Source: Wickerhamiella versatilis
Taxonomy: Eukaryota
Length of the DNA: 64,000 bases
Direction: 5' to 3'
Assembly: GCA_030867685.1 (NCBI GenBank)
Contig: JAQOWU010000008.1
Coordinates: forward strand, 1,116,001-1,180,000
Part shown: positions 52,768 through 62,472 of the stretch, one piece after another
Layout of the letters: the number at the start of each line of letters is the position of its first letter
Position numbering within the stretch: the stretch's first letter is position 1
Notes under the pieces: model-generated
The model's database searches: none
Told to the model about the DNA's origin: nothing
The model's input: the letters and a program-made list of their open reading frames with translations, nothing else
Translations under genes and position numbers: made by a program

Positions 52768-53304
52768 CTAAGACGTTTTCCTGTTTACAGTGACCCCCAG
52801 AGCTAAACTCACCAGAGCGTCGACCGCCAACAACCAAGTAGCCACTGAAATTGCTCCCTTAGGAGCACTTGGGAGAGCAACAAACCATTCAACCACACCT
52901 GGAACACTATGCTGAGGAAGCCAAGCTACAACTGCCGAGCGGTAACGCCATTGTACATAGAATTTGATGCCCGTCGTGGTGAACCACTTAGCCACTCGTA
53001 GAGACGCCGTTAGATTTTGTCTCCTGAGCCCCAACTGTGAATTTAGGGCATCTACTTGTCCTTTCAGTTTTTGGTGTTTGCGGTCCAGTCGTGCCCATTT
53101 GGCAAATTCGTCTTTGCTGGATGTATTGGCTCTTTCTGTACGGACATCTAGCAACATTTTCCGTTGAGTTCTTAGCTCACGGGTCGTTTCATTGCGAGAA
53201 TAGTTGGAATAGATCTGCCAAAAAAATTCTGTTAGCATAGTAGTTGAAACATTGCTCAATAAACGTGTGGCCACGACCAGCGCGACCAGCCAGAGAGCCA
53301 GCAT
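52768..53304 (-). CDS. GET1: GET insertase subunit Get1 (CHD5/WRB)
   Basis: TSSKDEFAKWARLDRK coiled coil and PSAPKGAISVATW. ATG at 53304. Confidence 0.92.
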   Translation of the reverse strand: MLALWLVALVVATRLLSNVSTTMLTEFFWQIYSNYSRNETTRELRTQRKMLLDVRTERANTSSKDEFAKWARLDRKHQKLKGQVDALNSQLGLRRQNLTASLRVAKWFTTTGIKFYVQWRYRSAVVAWLPQHSVPGVVEWFVALPSAPKGAISVATWLLAVDALVSLALGVTVNRKTS

Positions 53305-53454
53305 CCGCACTGACTAAACAATTCTAGTGGTGCTTCACCTAACCGCACTTTTGACCGTTTGGGAACATAACTCGAAATGGGAAGGCAGCCAAAAGAATTC
53401 AAACCAAATATGGAGTATGGTTGTTATTAGCCTGCTGTTTTGGCCTTCTTAACC

Positions 53455-55707
53455 ATGTACTCGCGTACGATTGACAATTGCCGCGCAATCTTAGTGAACG
53501 CACTGGAGAGGCACAAGGATGATCCATGTATGTCGCATGAGCTTCTAGAGGAAATGGAGTCTTTAACAATTAGCAAGGTTGATGACATCGATGAAAGAAG
53601 GATGCAAGAACTATCTGGATATATTGTTGACTGGTCGATATATCCTGAGGTACGAGCAGTTACAACCCCAAGGAGAAATGATGATGTGGGAGAGAAGATC
53701 GAAGACGAGGAATTGTGCGAAACATGGCGTGTTTATCTTATTAGCATTATCTGGGGGAGTGTTGGGGCTGCGCTAGATACCTTATTTGCCAACAGATTCC
53801 CTTCAATTAAAATCAGCGGTATTGCGCTCCAAGTATTTTTGGCGTTCAATGGAAAGCTTTTTGCATTGAAAGGTGCTAAATGGACATTTAAGGAGCAAAT
53901 GTTGGCTTCGACGGCAGTAGGGGTGGCTGCACATAGTCCTTACGTGATTTATGTTATTACGGCTCAACACAACTCGAATTTCTTTGGGTTCAACGATGGT
54001 AAGGCACCCTACGGCTATATATTGCTTTTCATGCTAAGTACAACTTTTATGGGATTTAGTATGGCTGGAGTCATGCGTCAATTACTTATTTATCCTACAA
54101 GATGCGTGTGGTACATGGTGTTACCCAATATATCGCTAAACAAGACATTAATCCAAGAGAGGGAGGGAAAGTATGGATTCTGGCTTATTGGTATTGCTGC
54201 AGGCTTTTGGTATGTCGTCACTAATTTTCTCTTTCGAGGTCTTTCCCACTTTGGATGGCCAGCATGGATTCGACCACAAGCAATAGTGCTGCAAGCACTC
54301 TGCGGCTCAGAAAATGGCCTGGCACTCAATCCCCTACCTACCCTCGACTGGATTGTGGCAGATCATGGAGGGATGATTACACCAATCTGGTCCCAAGTCA
54401 ATGCTATGGCTGGTGTTCTCATAGGACTCATCGCTATCATTATCATCTGGTTCCTGAATGTGAGTGAAACATCCTTCATACCTATCAATTCAAACTCTTT
54501 ATATGATGCCAGTGGTAATAAATTTGAAGTCAAACGCCTCCTAAAGTCCGACAATAAGGTTGACGAAGGGAGTCTTCGGGCGTACTCGTTGCCAAGATTC
54601 AGTGCTGGTGTTTTAGTAGGATATGGCTGCAATTTTATGTTATATACAACTGCCATCAGTTGGACTGTGTTATATCATTTAAAAATGTTTAGGAGGCGCA
54701 CGGATGACTTCGTTGACCGATTCAGACGTGTGCAGGTAGAGCAAGGAGAGGTGCCATCGTGGTGGTTTATTGTTGTGTTTGCATTGTCATGGGCACTTAC
54801 TGCACCTGTAGTAGCAGTATACTTCCCCATACCCCTTTGGACGGTTGTTCTTGGAGTAGTGTTCGCGGCGATTTTCCTTTTACCGTTTGGTCTTCTGTAT
54901 TCCCTGACGAACTACCAAATTGATGTGAATGAGCTGATAGAAGTTATCGTAGGATATATTCTACCTGGGGATGTGAATGCAAATATGATTTCGAAGGCTT
55001 ATGCCGTCACTTTTCTTGACCAGGCAGAACTATATCTCAAAAGTCTTAAGCAATCTGCGTATACGGACCTGCCTCCTCGAGCAGTTTTTAGGGTACAAAT
55101 GGTGACGTGTATTTCATCATGCCTAGCATCTAGCGGCTTAATATGGTGGCAAACAAACGATCCTGGTATAGATGGAATGTGTTCACTCGAGGACTCAAGT
55201 AGGAACATGGGATTTACATGTCAAAATAGCCGTACCTACTTCAACGCTGCTGTAACGTGGGGAGCTTTGGGGACTAAGAAAATCTTTGATGAGGTTTTTC
55301 CTAATCTGAAATGGGTGTACTTAATTGGTGCTTTTGTCCCGTTACCTCTCTGGGTCTTGAAGCGTTGTATTCCCAAATTCCACAGTGTAAGTGAAATCAC
55401 GATTCTTGCAGGGGCTAAGCAATGGGCACCGAAAAACCTCGCTATGACTTGGCCTAATTTCATATTGTGCCTCTTTTTCAGTTGGTACATCAAACGGTAC
55501 CACACTGCATGGTGGTCTCGTTGGTGCTATATAGGTTGGGCAGCTATGGGGATCGGTTCAGCATACACTGCTCTCATATTAATGGCTGCTACAAAAGGCT
55601 ACGTTCCACAATGGTGGGGCAATCGTGTATATCTACAGACAGCAGATGCACAAGGTTCTGCTACACTTAGATTACATCAGCAACATAGTCATTCTTCTTG
55701 GCTCTAG
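53455..55707 (+). CDS. OPT-family oligopeptide transporter (Opt2-like)
   Basis: HKDDP, WSIYPEVRAVT, ETWRVY, WTFKEQM, DW, NAAVTWG, YIKRYHTAWW and WWGN motifs, with many TM segments. The start is uncertain. Confidence 0.9.
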   Translation: MYSRTIDNCRAILVNALERHKDDPCMSHELLEEMESLTISKVDDIDERRMQELSGYIVDWSIYPEVRAVTTPRRNDDVGEKIEDEELCETWRVYLISIIWGSVGAALDTLFANRFPSIKISGIALQVFLAFNGKLFALKGAKWTFKEQMLASTAVGVAAHSPYVIYVITAQHNSNFFGFNDGKAPYGYILLFMLSTTFMGFSMAGVMRQLLIYPTRCVWYMVLPNISLNKTLIQEREGKYGFWLIGIAAGFWYVVTNFLFRGLSHFGWPAWIRPQAIVLQALCGSENGLALNPLPTLDWIVADHGGMITPIWSQVNAMAGVLIGLIAIIIIWFLNVSETSFIPINSNSLYDASGNKFEVKRLLKSDNKVDEGSLRAYSLPRFSAGVLVGYGCNFMLYTTAISWTVLYHLKMFRRRTDDFVDRFRRVQVEQGEVPSWWFIVVFALSWALTAPVVAVYFPIPLWTVVLGVVFAAIFLLPFGLLYSLTNYQIDVNELIEVIVGYILPGDVNANMISKAYAVTFLDQAELYLKSLKQSAYTDLPPRAVFRVQMVTCISSCLASSGLIWWQTNDPGIDGMCSLEDSSRNMGFTCQNSRTYFNAAVTWGALGTKKIFDEVFPNLKWVYLIGAFVPLPLWVLKRCIPKFHSVSEITILAGAKQWAPKNLAMTWPNFILCLFFSWYIKRYHTAWWSRWCYIGWAAMGIGSAYTALILMAATKGYVPQWWGNRVYLQTADAQGSATLRLHQQHSHSSWL

Positions 55708-55716
55708 CTTCATCAA

Positions 55717-56487
55717 ATGGCTGAGAGTGAGATCGTGAGTGACGACTCCTACGGAAGTATGGTTTCATCGACATTTATGGAGGAACCATGGGTCACCCAG
55801 TTTTGTGAGGCGCAACATCATGAGTACTTTTGCGAGGTCTCCGAAGATTTTATCCAAGATGAGTTTAATCTCACTGGGCTCAGCCAGCTCGTTCCACGAT
55901 ATAGAGAGGCTTTAGAGTTAATTCTCGATTTAGAGCCAGAACAGCCGGTTAGGCTCCCAGAAATACCTTCGATTGAGGAGAGTGGGGAGTTGCTTTACGG
56001 ACTCATACATGCACGGTTTATAATTACCCGTCAAGGATTATTGGCAATGGCACAAAAATACGAATCTTTAGACTTTGGCACATGCCCTCGCTATCTCTGT
56101 GATAACATTGGATTGCTGCCAATGGGAAGACACGATATGCCTGGGTTCGAGACTGTTCGCTTGTATTGCCCTTGTTGCCGCGACTTGTATGTCCCACCAA
56201 GCTCAAGGTTCCTTAATATTGATGGTGCATTCTTCGGCTCAAGCTTTCCAGCAATGTTCCTGGATTTCCGTCCTGATATCGAAGCTGCGTGCCGGAAAAT
56301 CCGTGTAAAACAATATGCTCCCAAACTCTTCGGCTTCCGTATTTCTGAATATTCACCTGCAGGGCCCAGAATGAAGTGGCTCAGACAAACTCCTGAATCT
56401 GATGCTGTCCAGAAAGCGGAAGAGGATCAGTTGCAAGAAGAAGCACAAAAGCCCACTGGACTAGACGATGATATGATGCTCGGTTAA
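55717..56487 (+). CDS. CKB1: Casein kinase II regulatory subunit beta
   Basis: HEYFCEVSEDFIQDEFNLTGL, LYGLIHARFI, CPRYLC...LYCPCC and DGAFFG. Confidence 0.93.
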   Translation: MAESEIVSDDSYGSMVSSTFMEEPWVTQFCEAQHHEYFCEVSEDFIQDEFNLTGLSQLVPRYREALELILDLEPEQPVRLPEIPSIEESGELLYGLIHARFIITRQGLLAMAQKYESLDFGTCPRYLCDNIGLLPMGRHDMPGFETVRLYCPCCRDLYVPPSSRFLNIDGAFFGSSFPAMFLDFRPDIEAACRKIRVKQYAPKLFGFRISEYSPAGPRMKWLRQTPESDAVQKAEEDQLQEEAQKPTGLDDDMMLG

Positions 56488-57266
56488 CTATAAACTTATA
56501 TCAAAGGAGGGCTCTTAGTATGGAAATCTGGTTCTATAGTAAGCACTGCTGTTCCTATAACAAGGCCCTGAACCTTGCCTTCAGTGTCTGATGTAAATGT
56601 TTCCTCCGGCAAGTGCATTTAAAAGCTATATTATAGTCATGAAAGATGAAAAGAGGCTAATTAACTTAATTCTCTCTGTATTTAGTATCCTACGCTGGCT
56701 CGTGGTGGCATTAGGCTACTTTTATGACCAACCATGCCTATCATAGATGTTGAGCTTATGGAGATTGAGACAGATCCAGTGAAGAATTGCGAAAGGCTTT
56801 GGCAAAAATATGATGAGTATGATCGTGTTCTAGGTTATGATTGGTATACAGATGGTGACGAGACAATTCATGCTTTGCTCGAACGATGTATACTGGCTCA
56901 TCTTATATTATATTCTCAGACAGCACACGGAAAAATAGCTGCATCTGCAATATTATGACGAGTCATGCATATTTACGCTTCCTTGAAAACTGTTTCGGTC
57001 AGCTCGCAATAGGCTATATCCTTGCGAGTGCATATACTATTATTCGGAAGCACGAGGCCGAGGATATGCGACACCATTGGTGCTAAGGTCGACTTTACCA
57101 TTAATGAGCGTGCGAAATAACTGCCTATCTATTCTTGCACTAGCAATGCGTGTGGGTTTTACCCGGGGCCTATGCATGGTTTTAAAAAAGTAACAACAAC
57201 TATCTGAATACCTTAACGTCATATCTGGGGGTTCATTCACAGATGCTAAAGCAGAACTGTTACATC

Positions 57267-57791
57267 CTACTCTTGAAAATTTTCTTTGATTTTGGCCCAG
57301 TAACTGAGTTCTACCGCGGCCTTCTTGGCAGCTTCAAGATTGTTTTCCGCGAACGCCTGCTCTAGTGCCTTGACAGTGGCTGCAGCTCTTTCATCATTTT
57401 CTTTCTCCAATTCCTTCCTGCGCACTGGATCTTCACACTCAGACAATTCTTCCCGGATCATCATTATATCCATCAGCAGCTCCTCGTCGGTAAGGGTTGC
57501 ACCTTCTTGAAGACTTTCCACACCATTGAGCTCTAAAACATGTTCTGCCCGCTTCAAGGGGTCACAAAGAGTTCTGTACGCATTTCCAACTTCCGCACTG
57601 TCTAGGGAAAATGAATTGTTGTCGCCCTGCGAAGTATCTGGATGAACTTGTTGTTGGCGGTCTAGGTACTCCCGACGTAACGCTCGGGTATCTACCGCAA
57701 AAGGTCCACTGGGTGGCGGTCCATTTGGGAAAGTTTTTGGGAATAACTTGTAATAATTTGTCAAACGCCGCACGAATATTCTTGAGATCAT
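57267..57791 (-). CDS. JAC1: Mitochondrial Fe-S co-chaperone Jac1/HscB
   Basis: Mitochondrial-type presequence, J-domain HPD, AYRTLCDPLKRAEHVL, LLMDIMMIRE and AVELSYW. Confidence 0.93.
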   Translation of the reverse strand: MISRIFVRRLTNYYKLFPKTFPNGPPPSGPFAVDTRALRREYLDRQQQVHPDTSQGDNNSFSLDSAEVGNAYRTLCDPLKRAEHVLELNGVESLQEGATLTDEELLMDIMMIREELSECEDPVRRKELEKENDERAAATVKALEQAFAENNLEAAKKAAVELSYWAKIKENFQE

Positions 57792-57879
57792 AAAGCGCTG
57801 CTGCTTTCTTGGTTACCAACCTTTACTAATACAAATATTTCTGCGTCTATAGATTATTTGAATAAATACCGTTTAGTGA

Positions 57880-58737
57880 CTAAAAATCATCTCCATACTG
57901 GTCAATGGAAACGACCTCACCTGGCTTGAAGGGAGGGAGTCCAATGTATGGACAGCCATCACACCTGAATGCATCACCAAGTGCACAATTACCGCAGCCG
58001 CCAACGGCCTTGCCGGGGACAGTGAAGTCTATTTCGGCGATCTCATCATTATTTATGAGCACCGCGTTTTGATTATCGTGCTGACGATTCATCTCATCCT
58101 CCTCCTGTTCCTTAAGTCCGCATGTGCAGTCCTTGCAGGCACGACGGCGCTTGCGACCTTGGCCGGGATCACACTTTGCTGGTAGCATAATAGCTGGCTT
58201 GACCATCCCTTGAACGAGACCATCTTCATCAATCAGGTCCTCCTCAGCATTTGCCGCATCAATGTCGACATCCCTGGTTGGGGTTATGGGTCCGCTAGAC
58301 TCCTCGTCTGAAACCATGGCGGTGCTTCTCTGGTACTTCGGCAAATTCGACTTTTTATTTACATTACGTTTCAAGGGAACAGCGGCTGGTGCACTATCCG
58401 AAATTTCAGGCTTCGTCCATCTGCCATTTTTGTTCACGAAGCCTGAAATTAACAGTGGCGTTGTCGACGTTTTTGACAGATCACCCCTGACCAAGCTCCC
58501 TGGCTTCATCGCTTCATAGAGCGCATTGCAGACCGTATTACTCAAGTCAATAGGCTTGTCACCAGCAGCAACTCGAACCAGAGAAAATTTGTTTCGGGGA
58601 ACATTTACAGCTCCCTCTTGCAGGCGTTCCAACAATTGCTGGTGTACCTCGTAAGACTCCAACTCCTGTTTTAGCGATGATATCACCTGTGGTTGCGCAA
58701 CCAAGTCGGTGTTAACAATCAACAGAGCAGAATCCAT
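57880..58737 (-). CDS. DRE2: Cytosolic Fe-S assembly protein Dre2/anamorsin
   Basis: [13 protein letters not shown] and [29 protein letters not shown]. First ATG at 58737. Confidence 0.96.
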   Translation of the reverse strand: MDSALLIVNTDLVAQPQVISSLKQELESYEVHQQLLERLQEGAVNVPRNKFSLVRVAAGDKPIDLSNTVCNALYEAMKPGSLVRGDLSKTSTTPLLISGFVNKNGRWTKPEISDSAPAAVPLKRNVNKKSNLPKYQRSTAMVSDEESSGPITPTRDVDIDAANAEEDLIDEDGLVQGMVKPAIMLPAKCDPGQGRKRRRACKDCTCGLKEQEEDEMNRQHDNQNAVLINNDEIAEIDFTVPGKAVGGCGNCALGDAFRCDGCPYIGLPPFKPGEVVSIDQYGDDF

Positions 58738-59443
58738 CAAGAAATTATTCTGGCCACTTGGGAAGGTTCTATATATCAAATTATTAAACCTGAGTCAGAA
58801 TGAGCGGGAGGCCGACACCAGGTGTGTAGTCATCATCTAGAAATCAGATTAAGTCAGATTAGATTTACGTGCACAGGTGTATTGGGTAAATATATCGTCG
58901 ATCTTCCGGTTGATCGAACCATGCTAGACACTATCTAATCAATTGTGTATCAAGAGCTTTGATCCGGGGCTTTGATCCAGTGAACCAACCAAATAGCTTC
59001 CACTTTAGGTTAATATTGTCCAAACAAGCTACCTCCCAGAAGTGATGATACATCGAGGGTGACTACTGTGGGAAGGTGGCCTGCTAGGCATAGCCATAGT
59101 CGTATCCGTAATCTTAGGAATGTTTCCAGAAAGGTCGGGAGCTCTCCGTCCTCCTCATGACCCTTACCCTCATTGGGTTTCGATGGCTCATTAAACTAAA
59201 ATACGATCGAACGGTTGAGTGGATAACCTTTCGGTCACACCATACCCAGCTCGCTTCAATGGCGATCGAGGCTCGATTGCGTCAAACCACTAAAGTATTC
59301 TAGACCTTCGTTCCAATATTCCTCTAATCAGGCTATGCGGCTTTTCAGCAGTCATTGAGAGGTCCAACCTGCGAATTACGTTTTTGTAGTAGTCTAAAAA
59401 CTGAAAATCCGCCATAGAAGAACTGAATTGAAGTCTCGTGACC

Positions 59444-59732
59444 ATGACGTGGCATGGCGGGGATTGCAAGCTCACGTGACGTACACATCCCCTTCCATTC
59501 AGCCTCCACAGTTCAATATCGAAGATTGAGGCCGCCCATGTGGTCAATTCCCAGGTTATTTTATCATTGTAACAAACTTATAGCAGTTAGAAATCGGTTT
59601 ATTAGCCCACAAGATGCCGCTTTGATCTACATTGATGTGCTAGTGCGGGCTTTCTTGCTCCATTACTAACGACTTGCATAGCTTATGCGTTTGGATAATG
59701 ACGACCACTGGTATTCCCAGCAGGTATATAAG
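59444..59732 (+). promoter_or_regulatory. Stress-type promoter of the STF2-like gene
   Basis: TGACGT at about 59445 and 59477, TCACGTGA at 59472-59479, CCCCT (STRE) near 59490, TTACTAA at 59663-59669 and TATATAA near 59725. Confidence 0.5.
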
Positions 59733-59800
59733 CCCACAAACACCAGCGCAATTGCCACCAAAAACTCCCAACACAACAACCTTTATTTACTTGTCTAACA

Positions 59801-60079
59801 ATGGCACGAACACACCGATCTTCCAGCGCCAGTGAGCATGTACCGAAGTATTTTGGTAAACATGGCATTCCTCAGGCCCCGAATCATGTTAAGAAGAACG
59901 GAGGTGGGCGATACAATTGGGGAAGAGATGTGGACGACATAGATGATGCCATTGAGAGTGGTGAGTTTAACTTTGCGCACTCTCACCGCCGATCCAACAG
60001 CAATGCGGCGCAGGGACATCCAATGTTGGGGCATTCAAAATACCCTTCAGGATCCGATGATGCTATAGATGAATTCTAA
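59801..60079 (+). CDS. STF2: Stf2/Tma10-family small hydrophilic stress protein
   Basis: MART..., PKYFGKHG...PNHVKKNGGGRYNWG...RRSNS. Confidence 0.85.
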   Translation: MARTHRSSSASEHVPKYFGKHGIPQAPNHVKKNGGGRYNWGRDVDDIDDAIESGEFNFAHSHRRSNSNAAQGHPMLGHSKYPSGSDDAIDEF

Positions 60080-60210
60080 ATTCATTGACGACTGATTATG
60101 ACTCCTTTTTAAAGTATATAGCGATGAGTTAGATAACTGAATTATGTTCTCCAAAGTTATTTACGCATTTATTTATTGTGCTGCGTGTATAAGAGTGTGT
60201 GCGTGTGCTA

Positions 60211-61776
60211 TCAGATCTCGTAAGTTGGTCGTGAAACAGTCCAATGCAATTGGAGCAGCCTGACAATTTCAGCCGTGGGCGGGAGTTGTTTGCATGCTGG
60301 CAATGGCTCGTAGCCTAAATTTTGGGGCACGATAATACAGTATACATCACAGATAAGATGCCAGAATAATTTCTTCTCCACAATTTTGTAGACATTGGAT
60401 GTTGGAACTAGGTTTTTCTCAAGCCAGCCAGGGAGACATACTTTGTAGCGGGAACTGCGTCGAGACAGGATGCTAGTCTGTCGGCGTATTTTGTCCAGCA
60501 CGTACCGACAAATCTCCGCTCTCAGCCTTTGGATGCGTTCACTGTCCAGATCGAAGGTGGCAGGAAGCTCGGAATTTATCGGTTCACTGGACCTTAGCCG
60601 CCAGATGAAACCCACCACAAGTCGTGAAAGTAATTTCCAGGTTTTATATTGCACTCTTGAAGGGAATGATGGCACACAGAATTTTGGTGAGATCTCATTA
60701 AGCTGCACTTGAAGCTCCTCCACTGTATATTGGTTTATGATCCAGTCCCTTGGACAACGCGGAGAGGGATGTGCGGACATCATATATTCAATATGAGCTC
60801 GTTCCACAGGAACAACCGTTTTCAGCAGCAAAGGAACCCTCTGTCGTATTTGCCCGTTGATCTGGTCTAATTTGGTCATGCTCAATAGCGCCACGGTTAT
60901 TCTCAGTCCTTGTACTAGATGCCGACTATATTCCTCCAGTGTTTTCGATTCATCCAGCAGGTCAAAGTGCTGGCATATAATACCAATCCATCGCATTCTT
61001 TGTGGTAAAACTGCTTCCTCGAGGGCAGATATTGTGAATGAAAGAATCTCTTTGAGACTGCTTGAATCTTCGGACGTCTGGATAAGTCTTTGGGGATCAA
61101 AAAGATGCAATATTTGACTCATGAGGCTGGCAGGAAGCACATTCATCAGCAATGCTTTTGTTCCCTCCAAAATACTTGGCAATGCCACAATCGGTGGCCG
61201 AGGTAGCGACGGCGACTCCAATAAGATCCGGCACTCATATTCTACATTTTCCCACAACTTTCCTGCGGGTGTCGCTGGCTTTACCGCGGGTGGTTCCAGC
61301 TGTAGGTCCGGGTTAAACATTAATTCATGGCGAAATGCTGCATTTGATATTACTTTATTGAGGGTCAACCGACCAACGCAGAAAATGCTACGTTGTGACG
61401 GCGATATCAGGGCAGGAATTACCGAATAAAAAGGGGTACAAAAAGAAATACCATATTTTTTCGATTCTAAGACTGTGTAAGGCATACCGCTAGGAACCAG
61501 AAATTCATCCGGAACGCCTGAGCCATTTTTACCACATGTCGAAGTACAGGCCCTGGTGAGGTCTACAGCTTCTATACCCCAAGCCACCGCATATTCGTCC
61601 ACCAGAGGATATAGGCTGAAATTCGGGGGGGCCTTTTTGCAGTGATGCAATATCCTATCTTCAGTCTTGGAACAGTATTCTGTGTGCACGTCCAAAACTC
61701 CAACTCCATCCTTAATATTTGGCAAGGAATGGTAATGGCGAATATTCATTGGCAGATAACAAACCCGTTTAGGCAT
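60211..61776 (-). CDS. Tcp11-domain (Sok1-like) protein, divergent
   Basis: NAAFRHELMFNPDLQLEP, QILHLFDPQRLIQ, TKLDQINGQI and LPATFDLDSERIQRLRAEI resemble Sok1/Tcp11 motifs. First ATG at 61776. Confidence 0.7.
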   Translation of the reverse strand: MPKRVCYLPMNIRHYHSLPNIKDGVGVLDVHTEYCSKTEDRILHHCKKAPPNFSLYPLVDEYAVAWGIEAVDLTRACTSTCGKNGSGVPDEFLVPSGMPYTVLESKKYGISFCTPFYSVIPALISPSQRSIFCVGRLTLNKVISNAAFRHELMFNPDLQLEPPAVKPATPAGKLWENVEYECRILLESPSLPRPPIVALPSILEGTKALLMNVLPASLMSQILHLFDPQRLIQTSEDSSSLKEILSFTISALEEAVLPQRMRWIGIICQHFDLLDESKTLEEYSRHLVQGLRITVALLSMTKLDQINGQIRQRVPLLLKTVVPVERAHIEYMMSAHPSPRCPRDWIINQYTVEELQVQLNEISPKFCVPSFPSRVQYKTWKLLSRLVVGFIWRLRSSEPINSELPATFDLDSERIQRLRAEICRYVLDKIRRQTSILSRRSSRYKVCLPGWLEKNLVPTSNVYKIVEKKLFWHLICDVYCIIVPQNLGYEPLPACKQLPPTAEIVRLLQLHWTVSRPTYEI

Positions 61777-62472
61777 TTCCGGATACTTAAATGTGCAGAT
61801 GGAATCAAGTCGCTTCAAACTCTCCTTCGCAGTTTATAGCAAGCGGACGCATGTGCTAGCTTTAGCTTGGCCGGATCTAGGGGGCGCGCGCAAGACCTAA
61901 ATAAGCTCGGCCGATCTCGAGTCTAACTTGCATCACCCTTATTCCACTACCCTCACACTTTGTTATATCCCGGTGTGAGACAGACTAACTTATGAATATG
62001 ATAGTAGTGGCTACTAGCTTGAGCGAAAACACGATCACAACCCAATGGTACTGAATTGAGTAATTACTACATGCCAGTAGAACTCAAATCTTAGTTCCTT
62101 TACATGCAAGTCGGCTTACAGTGCATCTTAAGGCACCGCACTAACTGCTTTTGTGCCATGCTGAAACCATGTAAAAATTACTAGAGACATGTCTCAGTTC
62201 TATCAAGGTGTTAGATATGTTTGTCCATATATGCTAAAAAAAGTATTATTTTGGAGATTTGAATTGGATTATGACAAGTAATACCTTAGCAGGGTCCTGC
62301 GAGCTATTTAAAGAAGGTTCTAGTAAAGTGAAAAAGGAAAACCAAAGGGTGAGGGCTGTAAAAAAAACATACTAAATAAAGATAATAATCATAAAAAAAA
62401 TCTTTTGAATCTCGATTTTGTAGCGATAGTAAGCAGCAATTATTCATCACAAACACTCTGGGTTGGTATTTG

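Noticed and set aside
59664..59681. TACTAAC...TAG as an intron 3' end
   Set aside because: There is no canonical donor nearby and it lies upstream of the STF2 TATA box. It is better read as a TTACTAA Yap site.
60121..60128. Perfect PAC motif GCGATGAG
   Set aside because: It sits between two convergent stop codons, not in a promoter.
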